Assembly: GCF_037042905.1 (NCBI RefSeq)
Contig: NC_087246.1
Coordinates: 682,001 to 746,000 of the forward strand
Length of the DNA: 64,000 nucleotides
From: Lytechinus pictus
Lineage: Eukaryota
Reading direction: 5' to 3'
Shown here: positions 1 to 13,069 of the stretch, one piece after another
Numbering within the stretch: the first letter of the stretch is position 1
How the letters are laid out: each line of letters opens with the position of its first letter
Translations under genes and position numbers: made by a program
The notes under the pieces: generated by a model
The model's database searches: none
What the model was told of the DNA's origin: nothing
The model's input: only the letters and a program-made list of their open reading frames with translations

Positions 1-911
1 CATGTTCGTTTTCTTATGTTGCTACCTTTCTTTATTTTTGGTGCTTTTATATTATTTTTTTATTAATTTCAGTTTGTTTAATTGTGTATGCTTTGGGAAT
101 GTAAATAAATAGCTTGAAAAGTGTTGTACATTTAGATGTTTAATCTCTTAAATATGATTTGATTTTTATTTAACTCATTTTCATTGAATTTTTACTTGTA
201 CTTGTCAAGTTATCTTAGTTCACATGTTAATAACTTTTTCAATATTACATTATGAATATCTGTAACTGTCAGAAGGCTGCAACTTTTTCAATGATATTCA
301 ATACATAATATTCATTTCTTAATATTTTTATTTTATGCATTAACAAAAACAGCAGAGATTAGGCTTAAAAATGTGATCTTATGAAATGATTCTTTATTCT
401 ATTGTCATCATGTCTGTATTCTTTAACTTAAATAACTATTTATTATCATTTGGAATGGAACATTTCTGATCTTGTAATTCTATTGAATACCACAGAGAGT
501 GCCTTGCACTAAGGCTACTTATCTCATGATGTTCCTGATAGAATTCTGTTTTTAACAATGTACTCACCATAACAAACAGAATAGCCAGGATTCATTCATT
601 TCATAGTGTTTTGTTTATATAGTGGGTTTCCCTTTTCTCTCATTTGCATTCATTAGTCACAGTTCTCACATTATAGTGTTTGATTTACATCATTGTCAAT
701 TGTTTCACTTCCAGTCACATGATGATTTTGTATTATTTAAATTTAAATTAAATCATAAACTAAACTAGGTTTTCTTTGTTAGTTCAATAACAGTATGTGG
801 TGTCAATTGGGCAACCTTGAATTGCATTTGTTCACCAGCAGGTACTAGGTTTGAAGACAGACATTTTTCCTCTTTTGTAATTTACCCTTTCTTGTACTTC
901 TCCTAGTTCTC

Positions 912-983
912 TAAGCGCCTTGAGCATTTAATCAAAATGGAAAAGACGCTATATAAATCATATGTATTTTTATTATTATTATT
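912..983 (+). mobile_element. 3' tail fragment of an L2/CR1-type LINE or LINE-tailed SINE
   Basis: aagcgccttgagc...gacgctatataaat followed by (TTA)n; same architecture as the tail of the SINE at 5091-5393. Confidence 0.45.
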
Positions 984-2527
984 AAGTGACAATAACAACA
1001 AATGAAATCAATTCTACATGTCATTTGAATGTACATGTAGCCATGATAAAAATGATTAAGTGAAAACAGCATAGGTCTGCGATTGACTTTTTCCACAATT
1101 ATCTGTTAAGAGTTTGAAAGAAAGTTTATAAATAATACACTATTTCGACAACAAGGAGTAAGTGAGGTATTGACTACAATTGAGTTTATAATGTGTTTAA
1201 AATTAATTTCTTCTTTTAACTCAAAATTTTATAGAGAAAACTGAAAACTGATCCAGTTATGAGATAATGCTGGTTAACCATTGTGCTAATGTATTGATGT
1301 TCATAAAGATCGTAAACACATGCGTTTGGTGCTAGTATACATGCTTCATTTTGTCAAACTAGGGCAGAATAGCTGCAGGAGTAAAGTCAATACTTCACTG
1401 GGTTTAAGGTCCAATGTGCAAATAAAAAAAAATGAATTGGGAATATGTTCACAGAGAGAAAAACAATGGGCTGTTTTCTTACACTGAAGAAGAAATAATG
1501 CTAATTTCTGTCTGTTTCACTTTTAAAATAGTTTTGCAGAGATTTGAATATTTTTTTTCTATTAAAGCAGGTGATATATTTGACTGGTGAACATACTGAT
1601 AAATTCAATCTGTCAAATCATGTTATAATGACTTAATACTTTTGTTTTACAGGAATTTAACTTTAGATTTAGCTTATAAACACAGTCTGTTTGGTTACGT
1701 GACAAACATATTTTCAGTTTAATTAGTGATAGACTTCCAGTGCTTGTTCATGATTCATGATTTTCTTTCCATGTGGTTTGGTTTTCCCACAGATGTTATT
1801 CCTATCTGAGCATGATTGATATGAATGTTTGCAAGAGATAACTAATTGATATGATGCATGTAGGAATGTAATAACCCTATGATTAAATTTAAGGAATCAT
1901 TAATTATTTATTTGTTTAAATAATTGCTAGAATTATTGAATACGAGTACTATTTTGTTATTTGGATTTGGTTATCATGCTTGAACTATTGAACAATAAAA
2001 TGAATTGAGTTTTAGGTCTTGCTAGATGTCACGAAAGCACAGTTTAATAATGATTGGGATAAATTATTGTCAAGAATGTTATACAATTGTATGGTTGTAA
2101 AATATTCTTGATAATGATAGTGTTGATAGACTGATGTATATTGAGACTATTGCTATTACAATAGTCACATGTTAAGATAACTTTTTGAAAGTGAAACAAT
2201 CATTAGTGGGGCACTCGAATCAATCACATTTATATTTGACATCATCCTGCTCTTAAGCTATCTAGTTTTTATTTCCTTGTACTTGCTTGTATTCTGAAAA
2301 ATGAATAGTTTGGCAATACACTGGAAGATATAAACTATGATTTTAGCTTGATTACCGAAGAACAAAAGATGCTCACACCTCAAAGGCGTGTATACACATA
2401 TTAAGTTCCTTCCATTGACTTTTCATTTTGTAGCCTTTTTTGAAGATGACTACATAAAACAAAACTTCAGAATAATATGCATGTACCCCATTTTCCTCTT
2501 ATTTTTTTTCATTTTTTTCTTTATCAG

Positions 2528-3023
2528 CTTTACCAATCTATTCAGAGGGAAAGACAAGACAGACGTGGAGGAGGAATTGAAAAAATGGGAAATACTAGAC
2601 CTTGAAGAGGATGATGTGATTGCATCTAGCCAAGATCCTCTTAGTCAATCTGTCCAATCAGAAAGCAGTATTACACCAGGAGATAGCCAAGCTGTGAGAC
2701 CAAGAAGACATTCAGATATCACTCCAAGCCGTTATAATAACAATAATGATGCATCGTCAGGCAAGAAAAATGATGGTTGGTTCTTTGGATCTAAATCACG
2801 ATCTTCCAGCACCACAAGAGAGATGCTAGCGATGACATCACCATGGAAACCTAAAGCTTCTTCATCACCTAGATCTTCATCACCAAGTGATCTTCCGTTA
2901 CCAAGGGAAACCCCTCCACCTGTCAAACCCAGTCGAGATGATGATCATGATGAAGATCTTACAAACTCATATTCTATTGATGCTGATTTAATTCCCATGC
3001 AAGCAATGATGTTCAATATCTAA
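2528..3023 (+). CDS. Terminal coding exon of an unidentified gene (Ser/Pro/Asp-rich, probably disordered C-terminus); upstream exons not identified in this window
   Basis: Long polypyrimidine tract ending ttatcAG (2526-2527), then an open frame FTNLFRGKDKTDVEEELKKWEILDLEEDD...ADLIPMQAMMFNI* to TAA at 3021-3023. Higher GC than flanks. The ORF-track start at 2388 is intronic (Phe-rich read of the pyrimidine tract). AATAAA signals follow (e.g. about 3080, 3822, 4112). Confidence 0.7.
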
Positions 3024-3263
3024 GTACTGCTATTATCACTAACCAATATGAGTTTCTATATCTCTCGCTATTTCTCCAGAATAAAGCTTATACGTACCCA
3101 AAGTTGGTTTATTCTAACTCAAGTTAGAGAGTTTCAGCACACCATTGATTTATTCCCTTTTTTACAAACGCACTAAATTTTCATAATTCATCATAAGTGT
3201 TATGTCTATATTTGTCTTGCCTGCATAACAATAAGTGAAATATAGGCAATATCAATAAGGATA

Positions 3264-3460
3264 ATGGTGTAGTGATGCTGACTCTTTCAATTAGAGGGTT
3301 GTTGGTTTGAATCCTACTCAAGGTGTTCATATCCTTCAGCAAGAAATCAGTCCACATTGTGCTGCTCTCAACCCAGGTGAGATTAATTGGTAACTGAGGG
3401 TAGGATATCCTTAATATGCTCCTTATGACTGAGCTACAGTGGGGGTAATAATATATCATT
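3264..3460 (+). mobile_element. Degenerate copy of the tRNA-derived SINE
   Basis: Shares cttcagcaagaaa..tccacattgtgctgc.ctcaacccaggtgag and gctacag.tggggtaataatat with 5091-5393; decayed B box (ggtttgaatcc). Confidence 0.7.
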
Positions 3461-5090
3461 CTGTATTGAGTGCAGTAGATTAGTTCTTTATCATCATATA
3501 CATTGAAACAAAACCTATATGTTCATATTCCATGTAACCAGCATAATGAACTAAGTACAGAATTATGTTTCAAATTATGTGGCATACTTTCCATTTCACA
3601 AAACTAGGATTATTGCCAATCAAGAATTGTGTATATGAGACCACTGAGGTCATTCCATTTGTTTTCTGTTTATCACTTGATAATTGGTTTTAAAAAAATT
3701 ACCAGAATGAATTTATTAAGAATAACTCATATATCATTCATCAAAATAAATATTAATGTCGGGCATATTGTCTGCTATTATAGATTTGTCTCTTGCTGAA
3801 ATGTTTCCATTATCTTGTTGCAATAAAGTTAAGGCTTGTTTTTTGTTGTCCGTATTTGTCCCTGTTTTTCAGATCTACTGTTGTGAAGAACTGTTGTTTT
3901 TTACCTTTCTTAAGTGCCTTTTACCATTAATTAAGAATGAAAGGAGCAATAATTTCACCAAACTATCTCTTATTAAAGAGGCTCCCATGATAAATATTTT
4001 TGATTTGACAAACCTGCCATTTGATGGCTTAAATGATTGAACATGGTAGAAAATTGTTTTTCTGAAATATTACATTTTGTTTGACCTAATGTAAATACCA
4101 TGACTCTCAGCAATAAAGCTATATTATTTTTTTAGCCCAAACTATGGGAAGGTGTATGTATGTATTATTGTTATATACCCAGGTAGGGCATCTCATACAT
4201 ATTACACATTTAGAATAGGATATTTTTCAATCATTTTTCCATTGATATTCTACAATATGCCCTTTACAGGGAAAACAGAGTTATTGAAAAGTTTTTAAAT
4301 GGCAAATTATATTTCGTCAGATAGTCTGTCCGTCCATCCTATCTTTCTTTTGGATGACAAAGTGAAAGGTCACAGATATTATTGTAAGATACAAATTGAT
4401 TTTAAGTCAATCATTTATCAGATAGATATCTATCGTCTTCAACCAAACCTCTTATACTGACAGAGTGGTAACAATTTTTTCATTGGATTTTATATCAGTC
4501 TATTGTTTATTATAACAAGAATAGAGGTCATTTAGGTATAGATTGTCCTTGTTTTGCACTTTATTCAGAATATTAAGAAATGTATTGTCTGAAAAAAATC
4601 CCTTATTTCATTTATCCAAGGTGTTTTTCATTCATTTTTATGTTGATTTATTGGGTTGATAGTTTAGTGAGCAAATGAATGAAGGGTTCCAAATGAGTGT
4701 TACATGAATTTATAAAAGGATTATATTTTCAACTGATTAAACACACTTTTTCCCTGTACCATAAACAGTATATATCAACCAAAGAGTAGAGTAGCATTAT
4801 AAATTATCAAATTAGATATTTTCATCATTTAATTGTTATAAATTATGACTTCATATCTATCTTAGTAGGAAATAATAGTGATCATATTTCTATTTTTAGC
4901 ATGTATTCACTCTGATCTTCTTTCGACCTCTTTGTCTTCCAGTCTCTTGCTCTCTCTCTTTCCTCCCCGGTCTATCTCTTTGGCCTAGTCAATGTATTGT
5001 ATTGAATATTTTTGTGAATTTGCTTTTGATGAAACAAGAAAGTGCCTCATTTAAACAGTTGAAGATTTAACAAAAATACCAAAAATGTGT

Positions 5091-5393
5091 GGAGCGTTGT
5101 GGCCCAGTGGATTAGTCTTCTGACTTTGAAACAGAGGGTCGTGGGTTCGAATCCCAGCCATGGCGTAATTTTCTTCAGCAAGAAATTCATCCACATTGTG
5201 CTGCACTCAACCCAGGTGAGGTGAATGGGTACCTGGCAGTAATTTATTCCTTGAAATGCGTATGCGCTGTAATCTTAGTAATTACGGCTGCCAAGCTACA
5301 GCTGGGGTAATAATATCCAAGTCCTTTGGAAGCGCATAGAGACATTATTCATAATGTGATATGCGCTATACAAGAACTACATTATTATTATTA
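5091..5393 (+). mobile_element. Full-length tRNA-derived SINE (SINE2) with CORE-like central domain and L2-like tail
   Basis: A box TGGCCCAGTGG (5100-5110), B box GGTTCGAATCC (5144-5154), anticodon-like arm tctga-CTTTGAA-acaga, central cagcaag...acccaggtg...aatgggtacc domain, 3' stem-loop aagcgcata...tatgcgct and (TTA)n tail. Confidence 0.85.
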
Positions 5394-6744
5394 CCAAAGT
5401 AAAAATGCAGTAAAAACTATTTTTTCTACAAAATATGTTGCCTTCTCTTAAAGGGTTCAGTGTTATAATCTTTGCATGTTCAGTACCAGTATGTTGTAAC
5501 AGTACTTATAAGATGATTATACTCTGTAGACTGCCTCTTTTTTTAAAGATAGCCCATGACTAGATATTAATAAGGAAATTCAGACAAGATATTTGTTGAT
5601 TAGGAAGAAGGACACTTTCTTTGAACATTTTCTTATTTATTTATTGATTCATTCATGAAATTATTGATGTATTATGAAATAGATCATCCTGGATGAGAAA
5701 GTAGAAATGTTGATCCTTTACAGAAAGATCACTTAAGCATACTAGTGTGATAAAGTTTGACTTACACTCATAGGAGCTTGTATAGTGAGCTAAGTTCAAC
5801 TTTATGATAGAATGTGACATATTGTGCACCCAATCAGCACTGAGTTCAGGTGCTTCCAAAGTGTTGAATTTGCAGAGTATTCACTTATCATGATGAAGAT
5901 GGATGACATTTTGTTCCATATATCCATACTGATTGTGAATTCAGTTTCGAATTGTAATAAGTCTTTATAACAACAAAATGTAAGGAAATTTATTTCTATT
6001 ATTCTGTAAAACCTTTGTAACACCTAAACAGATCATTCATGCAAATTGTTATTACCTGCAATACTATCTGCTATGTCTCTTCATAGTTTCTTTTATGATT
6101 ATCTATAGTAAAAAATAATCACTGATCTAATAAAAGAAAATTTTATAAGAATATAATTTACCAGAAAATATTCAAATGATTATGATTAAACTAAGTAACA
6201 GTTGCACATAACTAATATTTGAATATTTGTTGTCACAAAGTCATAAGACAAGCGCTTCTTTTCTGGTCAGTTAAATTTTCTCATGTTATAAATGCACTTA
6301 TTTCACTATGTGTATACTCAATGTAACTTTTATGCTAGCGACTAAACCATGATTGTGATATATAAATATGCAAAATTCTACCAACGAACTTCAACTCTTC
6401 CTTTTCTTCAATATTATGTTAAATGAGGGTTATGAACACATTGCTAATTGTATGAAAATAAATTTGATTTGTACGTGAAATTGTATTTTATTACTTGATA
6501 TCTGGAACTTTTATTCCATGATTTGCAAAATAATAAAGGTCTATTTTCTAGCCTTCTCATATAACTATGTTTGTTTTAGAATGTGATTCACTTTCTCTTA
6601 ACAGTAGAGTGTGTTATGATTGTTTGGAAACTTATTTCTCATGATATTTTCACAGTAGTGCTTGTATATGGGAAATTTTCAAGGTAATATTTCAAAATGA
6701 TCTAGATATCATTACCTTTTAGATATCTGCCGATTAGTAATTAC

Positions 6745-7247
6745 CTTGGGCGGATCCAGGAAAGGGGGGGGGGGGACAACAATTACTGACCAGCTTTAAA
6801 GAAGAGAGAGCTGTAGGTTATCGCTGTTGGAAGCACTTTCCCGTCGAAATATTTTGTGACAAGCAAGAAAAAAGGTCTTCAAAAGGGGGTCCCTCCCCCT
6901 TGATCCATACCTGGTAATTAGCCTAGGGTGGAAATCTCTCCCCCAAAGGTAGGGGACCAGGGGTTGGAAAATTTGACAAGCAAAAAAGAAAAAAGTTATC
7001 ACCCCAAATGTTAGGTCATTTCGACCAAAATAAATTTGACAAGCAAAAAAAATAAAGAAAGGTTATCACCCCGAATGTAAGGTCACTTCGACCAAAATAC
7101 ATGTTTTATTTCGATTTTGAATGATGTATTTCTTTCCATCATAAAATAACAAATATAGTAGGGGGGACATTATTTTGATATTGTGTCCCCCCTACTATTT
7201 TGGGTAGGGGGACGCGCCCACCTGTCCCCCTGGGATTTCTGCCCATG
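6745..7247. mobile_element. Two adjacent hAT-like MITEs directly 3' of the Sushi gene stop codon
   Basis: Element 1 (6745-6913) has gggcggatccagg/gatccatacctg ends flanked by gtaattac/gtaattag. Element 2 (about 6923-7247) has ctagggtggaaatctc/gggatttctgcccatg ends. Both carry poly-G/C runs and the family motif tgacaagcaa. Confidence 0.6.
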
Positions 7248-7251
7248 TAAT

Positions 7252-10200
7252 TTAGTTATCATTAATATGTTTACAAACAGGTAGAAGAGTAGGTGTCCAC
7301 TGTCCATTATCACATGGCATGCTTGCAGATCGTGGTCCATTGATAACTTCATGATTCGGAGCGCAAGTGATTGTAATGACGTCATTTTGGTAGTAAGACC
7401 CATCCACTCGAGCTACAGGGGTTATCATCATGGAGTCTGGAAATTGAGGACTATCACAATTTGCTGCAAGATAGATTTGATGTAGAAACGATGAGAAGAA
7501 AGATATAATCAGAGAGGTGTGATTAAGGGTAGATCAAAGAATTTACCAATAGCCCACGAGAGGATCTATATACTCTTCTCCAAAATCTGTGACGCCGGGA
7601 TGCCCCCCCCCCCCATCAAAGGATATTTACGTACTATCACGATTTTCCCCATCAAAGTTTTCACATTTTCCTACAGGGGCGGAGAGTGAGAGCGGGGAAT
7701 TATGGTGGCTAGCCCCGCTTCCTGATTTATATGAAAAATAAAATCATTATTGAATTCATACTTATATGCTCGAAGACTGCAATCTAGAACATCTGTTCTT
7801 TCTTCACCACCCAAACCAGCCCAGACAAAATTAGGAAAATACTTTGGGGGCAGAATAAACTTGGTTATGATTAGAAACAGGCAGGCCTAGAACGGTAGAA
7901 TAATCCATTCTCGAGTTTGTAGGGCATAGGCCTATTGTTCTAAGAAAAGGATTTTTTTATTATTATTGTTTTGCAAATATGCAAAATAGAAATCCACACA
8001 AAGGAAAGATTCCCCTAGAACATCGCCGGTAAAAACTAGGCAAAAATGCCTTGATATCCAGCTCGGCCAACTTGCTCCCTTGCTTCTTTTCTTGTACAGC
8101 CCCCTCCCCGTACACACATACACCATCACACATCATGCAGTCAGCCTTATACACAAACAATACACACACAAAAAAAAAAAAAAAAAAAAAAAAGATTAAG
8201 GCTTTTTAAATTACTTTTAGTGCTAAGAGATTTCAAGGTAGTTTGCGCTATATGAAAAGAGTTTTAATATAGGCCTATATTTATTTACATGTATACTGAT
8301 TTCATTTTTATGTATGGATATTATGAGTAATTACCTGAACACTGAATGAATGCGTCCCATGTCCCATTATTACACGTCAGTGGATGAGAATAATCCGAAC
8401 CAGATCCAAACGTGTATCCAGTATTACATGTAATAATCTCATAGTCACCGTGATCGACGTCACCATGGTTTACCGAATGGTCTGAATTGGGAATCACTGG
8501 AGATTCACATTTATCTGTATGTGCAAGTAGAGATATGGTTGAGAGTAAAGTAGGATAGTTGCAATGTGCCATTCTACGTGGCACTGGCGTATAGATTTGG
8601 GGCTTGGGGTAGACGCCCCTACCCCACGAAAAGTTACACCTCTGAGAAATAAAAGGAAAAAAATGAAGGGGTAAGAGAGAAATATCCTTTCGCCCCTAGC
8701 CCCCGCCACTGATGAAATATTCAACGTTTTATTCGTTGGAGTTTACTCTATTCATTTATATAGTATTTTCAGACTGGGTGCCGTTTCATAAAGCTGTTGA
8801 GAGCGACTTAAAGAACGACTGGTCATCCTTTCTTGTGATCATTTAGCGCGTAAGAAATGTTCACCAGTCGTTCTTAAAGTCGTTCTTAACTTACAGCTTT
8901 ATGAAACACCCACCTGGAGTGGAATAATTGAAATCAACCTCAAGCCTCAGCCAGTCAATATTGGATGAATCACGAAATTGTTCTACCTTGATCCAGGGGC
9001 GGATCCAGGGATATGAGCGGGCCAAACTGGCACCCGTCCCGACCTATTAGGCCTACTTAAAAAAAAACTAATACCCCTTTCCTAAACCCATCCTCCAATT
9101 AGCCGCCTAAGAGTAATGCGGATAATTCAATAAAAATTGCGTTCACAAACTCCGAAAATAATCCGCACTATTTTTACGAGCGCCCGTCCTGAAGAAGGCG
9201 GATAATCGTCATGACAACTGCACTCGCCCCCTCCGATGCGGTTGTGTTGGAAAAGGGTGACCTTGTGACTGCACCATGGCAATTATCCGCATTATTTGGA
9301 AATGCGTTCATAAAGTCAAAATCTGGTCCCGATGCCGCTATTATGCGGATAATTGCAGCATCAAAATAATGCGGATAACTCTGGTCCTCCTCCAATTTTA
9401 CGACCAAATTATGCTGCTATTAGCCGCATAATTGGGTTTATGAAAGGGGTATAATACCCCTTTCATAAACCCATCCTTCAATTAGCCGCCTAAGAGTAAT
9501 GCGGATGATTCAATAAAAATTGCGTTCACAAACTCCGAAAATAATCCGCACTATTTTTACGAGCGCCCGTCCTGAAAAAGGCGGATAATCGTCATGGCAA
9601 CCGCACACACCCCCTCCGATGCGGTTGTGTTGGAAAAGGGTGACCTTGTGACTGCACCATGGCAATTATCCGCATTACTTTGGAATTGCGTTCATAAAGT
9701 CAAAATCTGGTCCCGATGCCGCTATTATGCGGATAATTGCAGCACCAAAATAATGCGGATAACTCTGGTCCTCCTCCGATTTTACGACCAAATTATGCTG
9801 CTATTAGCCGCATAATTGGGTTTATGAAAGGGGTATAAAATACGTTCTTCTTGAGCGACTGTCAGAGACAAATCATTTCATCGTCGTCGTCGTTGTTGTT
9901 GAAAAAGTGCCCCCCCCCCCCCCTATGGTAAATCTTGGATCCGCCCCTGCTCCAATTATGTGTGTAGCAACTTACTGAAGCAGTGTCCAATAGCTGGATA
10001 CCATTCACCGTCATAACACGTGACCTGATTCACTCCTTCTCGAGTGAAGCTGATGTCACATGATACATTCAATTGATCTTGATCATGGACAGAAATACCC
10101 GGTGCAAAATTAGCGTTTCCATTGGCAATGAACGGTGTAACACAGTCTTCTGTCAAGAGAAAAAATAATAATGAAATAGAAAAGTGTACAGCGACGACGA

Positions 10201-13069
10201 AACTAACACAATGTCCTATTTCTATTTCACTGATAAGACCAGCCTCATATTTTCAATAATTTATCAACAAACGGGAAACTATAATTATGTTTACCGAATC
10301 CAACTTTCTTTAGAATATATTCCTCACCCAGCAAAACCTTTGATGAAGTCCCTCAATTCAAAGTCAAACCTATATGACTCAAGAGTCTTGACAAAACTGT
10401 TACAAAAGGGGTACACTTGAGAACTCCAGTCAGATTTGGTTTTAGATTTGACATAATTAATATAGATTACATTGATATTGACCAATCTCTATTATTCACC
10501 TTAAAAAGAATCAAAATAAAAAACAGAGGGCCGACCCTACAAGCCTACCCATTTACACTCTAAAAACAAATCATAAAAAAATGACGACCTACTCGGTGCA
10601 ACTGTTATAAATAATTTGCTTACTTTCTAGTCGTATTTTACTAGAACAAAGATATTTCTGACTAGCATATAGAATATGACTAGACATAGTTGTAAACCAG
10701 CTGACTATTGATCTAGCCAAATTGACTGATTTGTTTTAAGAGTGCAGAATATCATTTTATTACCATAGCAATTAGGGATGGACGGATGCCAATCACCATT
10801 CCCTGTGCACATTATTGACTGAGCTCCTCTTAAAATAAAACCATCATCGCATGAAAAAGAGACGACATCGTAAAGAACGTATTCATGATTTGGTTCGATC
10901 TCGAATCCATGGTCAGGTGCGGCTGGTTTGGAACAGTAATATTCTGTGGAAAACAAATAGATTGGAGATGATTCATAACTTAAGTTGTCACGTACTTCCC
11001 TTTTCGTCTCATGTTCATGCATATCTGTTCTTCCAATTTTTTTCTACTCGTTCTTATCTAAACCCCTCAAAAAAAGTTTGGAAATCTGTGTTTGGCCATT
11101 AATTTCTCCCAACTCCCAATTTTACACAATGCATATTTGATATTATTCAAAAGATCATTTAATTCTCTTTAAAATGATACCATGCTTGTTATTATCATGC
11201 CATCACGAAAAGAGCAGGATTCAAAAGTGTTGGATGAGGTCTGAATTGAAAAGCTGCAAAACGAGCAAAAAAAGTTTGGAAATCTGAGTTTGGCCATTAA
11301 TTTCTCCCAACTTCCAATTCTACACAATGCATATCTGATATAATTTAAAAGATCATTTAATCTCTTTAAAATGATACCATACTTGTTATGATCATGCCAT
11401 CACGAAAAGAGCAGGATTCAAAAGTTTTGGATGAGGTCTGAATTGAAAAGCATGAAGGGTCCATACAGAACACGATTCCTTTGTCTGTGTCAATAAAGAT
11501 GAAAATCCATTCAAATCAAGCCCCTGCTTCTGTAGTGATGGTTCTGTGAGATAACATGGTTTGAGTCGTGGTTTGAAATACCCATGCATGTTTGTTTGTT
11601 TGTTATGTGTTTGCTTGTGAAGAGGTGTGTTTGATTCCATGTTAATGTTGATTAAACAATTAAAAGAAACCGCTGAGAAACTACACTCATCACCACGCAA
11701 AAAAGATCAGTTACTTTCAATTATTGTGTCATTTTGCAACTTTTGACATTTGACATTGCCCCACATTTCAAGGCACTGCACCTCTATGTGAACCATAATC
11801 ATATCATGTAGGATATCATTTTAAAGAAAATTAAATGATCTTTTCATTAATATTAATTACACATTGATATTTACTAAAACCAATGAGGAATTATCGATCA
11901 AAGTCAAAAGAAACCGCTGAGAAACTCACTCATCACCACGGAAAAAAGAACAGTGACTTTGAATATTGTGTCATTTTGCAACTTTTGAATTTTGACCTTG
12001 CCGCACATTTCAAGACACTGCACCTCCATGTGAACCATAATCGTATTATGTGGCGTATCATTTTAAAGGAAATTAAATGCTCTATTCATTGATATTAATT
12101 AAACATTGATATTTACAAAAACTGAGGAGGGATTATCGATCAAAGTCACATTTCCAAACTTTTTTTGAGGAGTTTATCTGGAGAACACTCGATTAATTGT
12201 AGATTTGATGAGCGTTTGACTAATATTATTGATTGATTGATAGATTGATCGATTGATTGATTGATTAAAATTGAGTGGGATGGGTGGTTGGTTGGTTAGT
12301 TTTGTGGGATCGGTAGTCGGTTCATTCCCAATACCCCCTTAAACCCCCCCCCCCCCCCCCGTTCCCTAAGCTCGCCCATCTGTGCTCACCTTCACACGTT
12401 GGTGGTGGATCAACGTAGTCGGATTCCACACAGGCGCATTCTGATTGGCCAAAGAGTATCCCATTGCACGTGACGTCAACGATGGTACCATTATGTATGC
12501 AAGGAGAGGCTGGGGTAAATGTAGGGGTGCCACCCCCGAATACCATAGGCGGTGAGCATTCTGTAGTGAATTAATTAAAAGAAAAGAATTTAGTGGATCA
12601 GACATGATGGCGTATCATTTTTGAAAAGCTGCAAGAAGGCAGAGCGAGCAAACGAAAATTAAGTTTATTACATAATACACAGATGCTATACATTTTAGGC
12701 CTATTAAACCTAGCCTAGGTCGTAGTACTAGACAGTAAAATGGCTTCAATTTTAAATTTTAAAAATCTAATTTTGTGATAAATCTTTATTTCTTTCCCTT
12801 TCTTTTGTATTGGTTATGAAACTTTGAGGGGGTATGTCCCCCATCTGTACACCAGTGACAGGTAGGGCATTAACGGTAAAATGTATTTATGGTGGTACAG
12901 CTGATCATTTTATATAGAACCATGGAGGGATGATCCATGGGATAGAAAAAGAGGAACACAAAATTTAATTTGTATAAAAAACAAAACAAAGGAGCTCACC
13001 GTCAGTTCCGCAAACGATCCCTCCAACGGCGCTGCAAATTTTAAAAAGAGCAGTTGTATGAACCAGCAT
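7252..13069 (-). CDS. Five-Sushi (CCP/SCR) domain protein, probably secreted, about 328 aa
   Basis: Exons (minus): 13069-13000 (putative signal peptide MLVHTTALFKICSAVGGIVCGTD; 5' end uncertain), 12560-12390, 10943-10764, 10149-9976, 8514-8335, 7463-7252. All introns are GT-AG phase 1. Each downstream exon encodes one Sushi module with four core Cys, usually with Trp before the last (e.g. CSKPAAPDHG...SCDDGFILRGAQSIMCTGNGDWHPSIPNC). The last exon (NCDSPQFPDS...TCAPNHEV...PCDNGQWTPTLLPVCKHINDN*) is absent from the ORF track. Confidence 0.8.
8775..8916. mobile_element. MITE with CWG-flanked TIRs (PIF/Harbinger-like, tentative)
   Basis: ggtgccgtttcataaagctgt ... acagctttatgaaacaccc inverted ends; a longer copy is at 25586-25762. 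Confidence 0.7.
8994..9949. mobile_element. hAT-like MITE (CAGGGGCGGATCCA TIR) hosting a tandem pair of MITEs
   Basis: caggggcggatccagg at 8994 and ttggatccgcccctg at 9949 are inverted repeats; no clean TSD seen. Confidence 0.65.
9072..9835. mobile_element. Head-to-tail dimer of a ~380-bp PIF/Harbinger-type MITE (9072-9451, 9455-9835)
   Basis: TIR TACCCCTTTC(A/C)TAAACCC / GGGTTTATGAAAGGGGTA on each unit; TAA at 9069-9071, 9452-9454 and 9836-9838. Confidence 0.9.
11061..12174. mobile_element. Tc1/mariner-type non-autonomous element with duplicated subterminal blocks
   Basis: TA|aacccctcaaaaaaagtttggaaat ... atttccaaactttttttgaggagtt|TA; ~200-bp block repeated at about 11070 and 11268, ~245-bp block at about 11661 and 11906. 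Confidence 0.8.

Noticed and set aside
490..1600. Alternative terminal micro-exons (cacAG near 495, gcAG near 1570)
   Set aside because: AG followed by a short frame and stop is expected by chance in AT-rich intron; no independent support
5091..5165. tRNA gene (Gln-like anticodon loop)
   Set aside because: The acceptor stem pairs poorly, the sequence continues into a SINE body and (TTA)n tail, and a second degenerate copy exists at 3264
7252..13069. SEZ6/SEZ6L2 orthology for the five-Sushi gene (SEZ6L2 is also at 16p11.2)
   Set aside because: No CUB domains, TM segment or cytoplasmic tail were found; a matching Sushi count is not evidence of orthology
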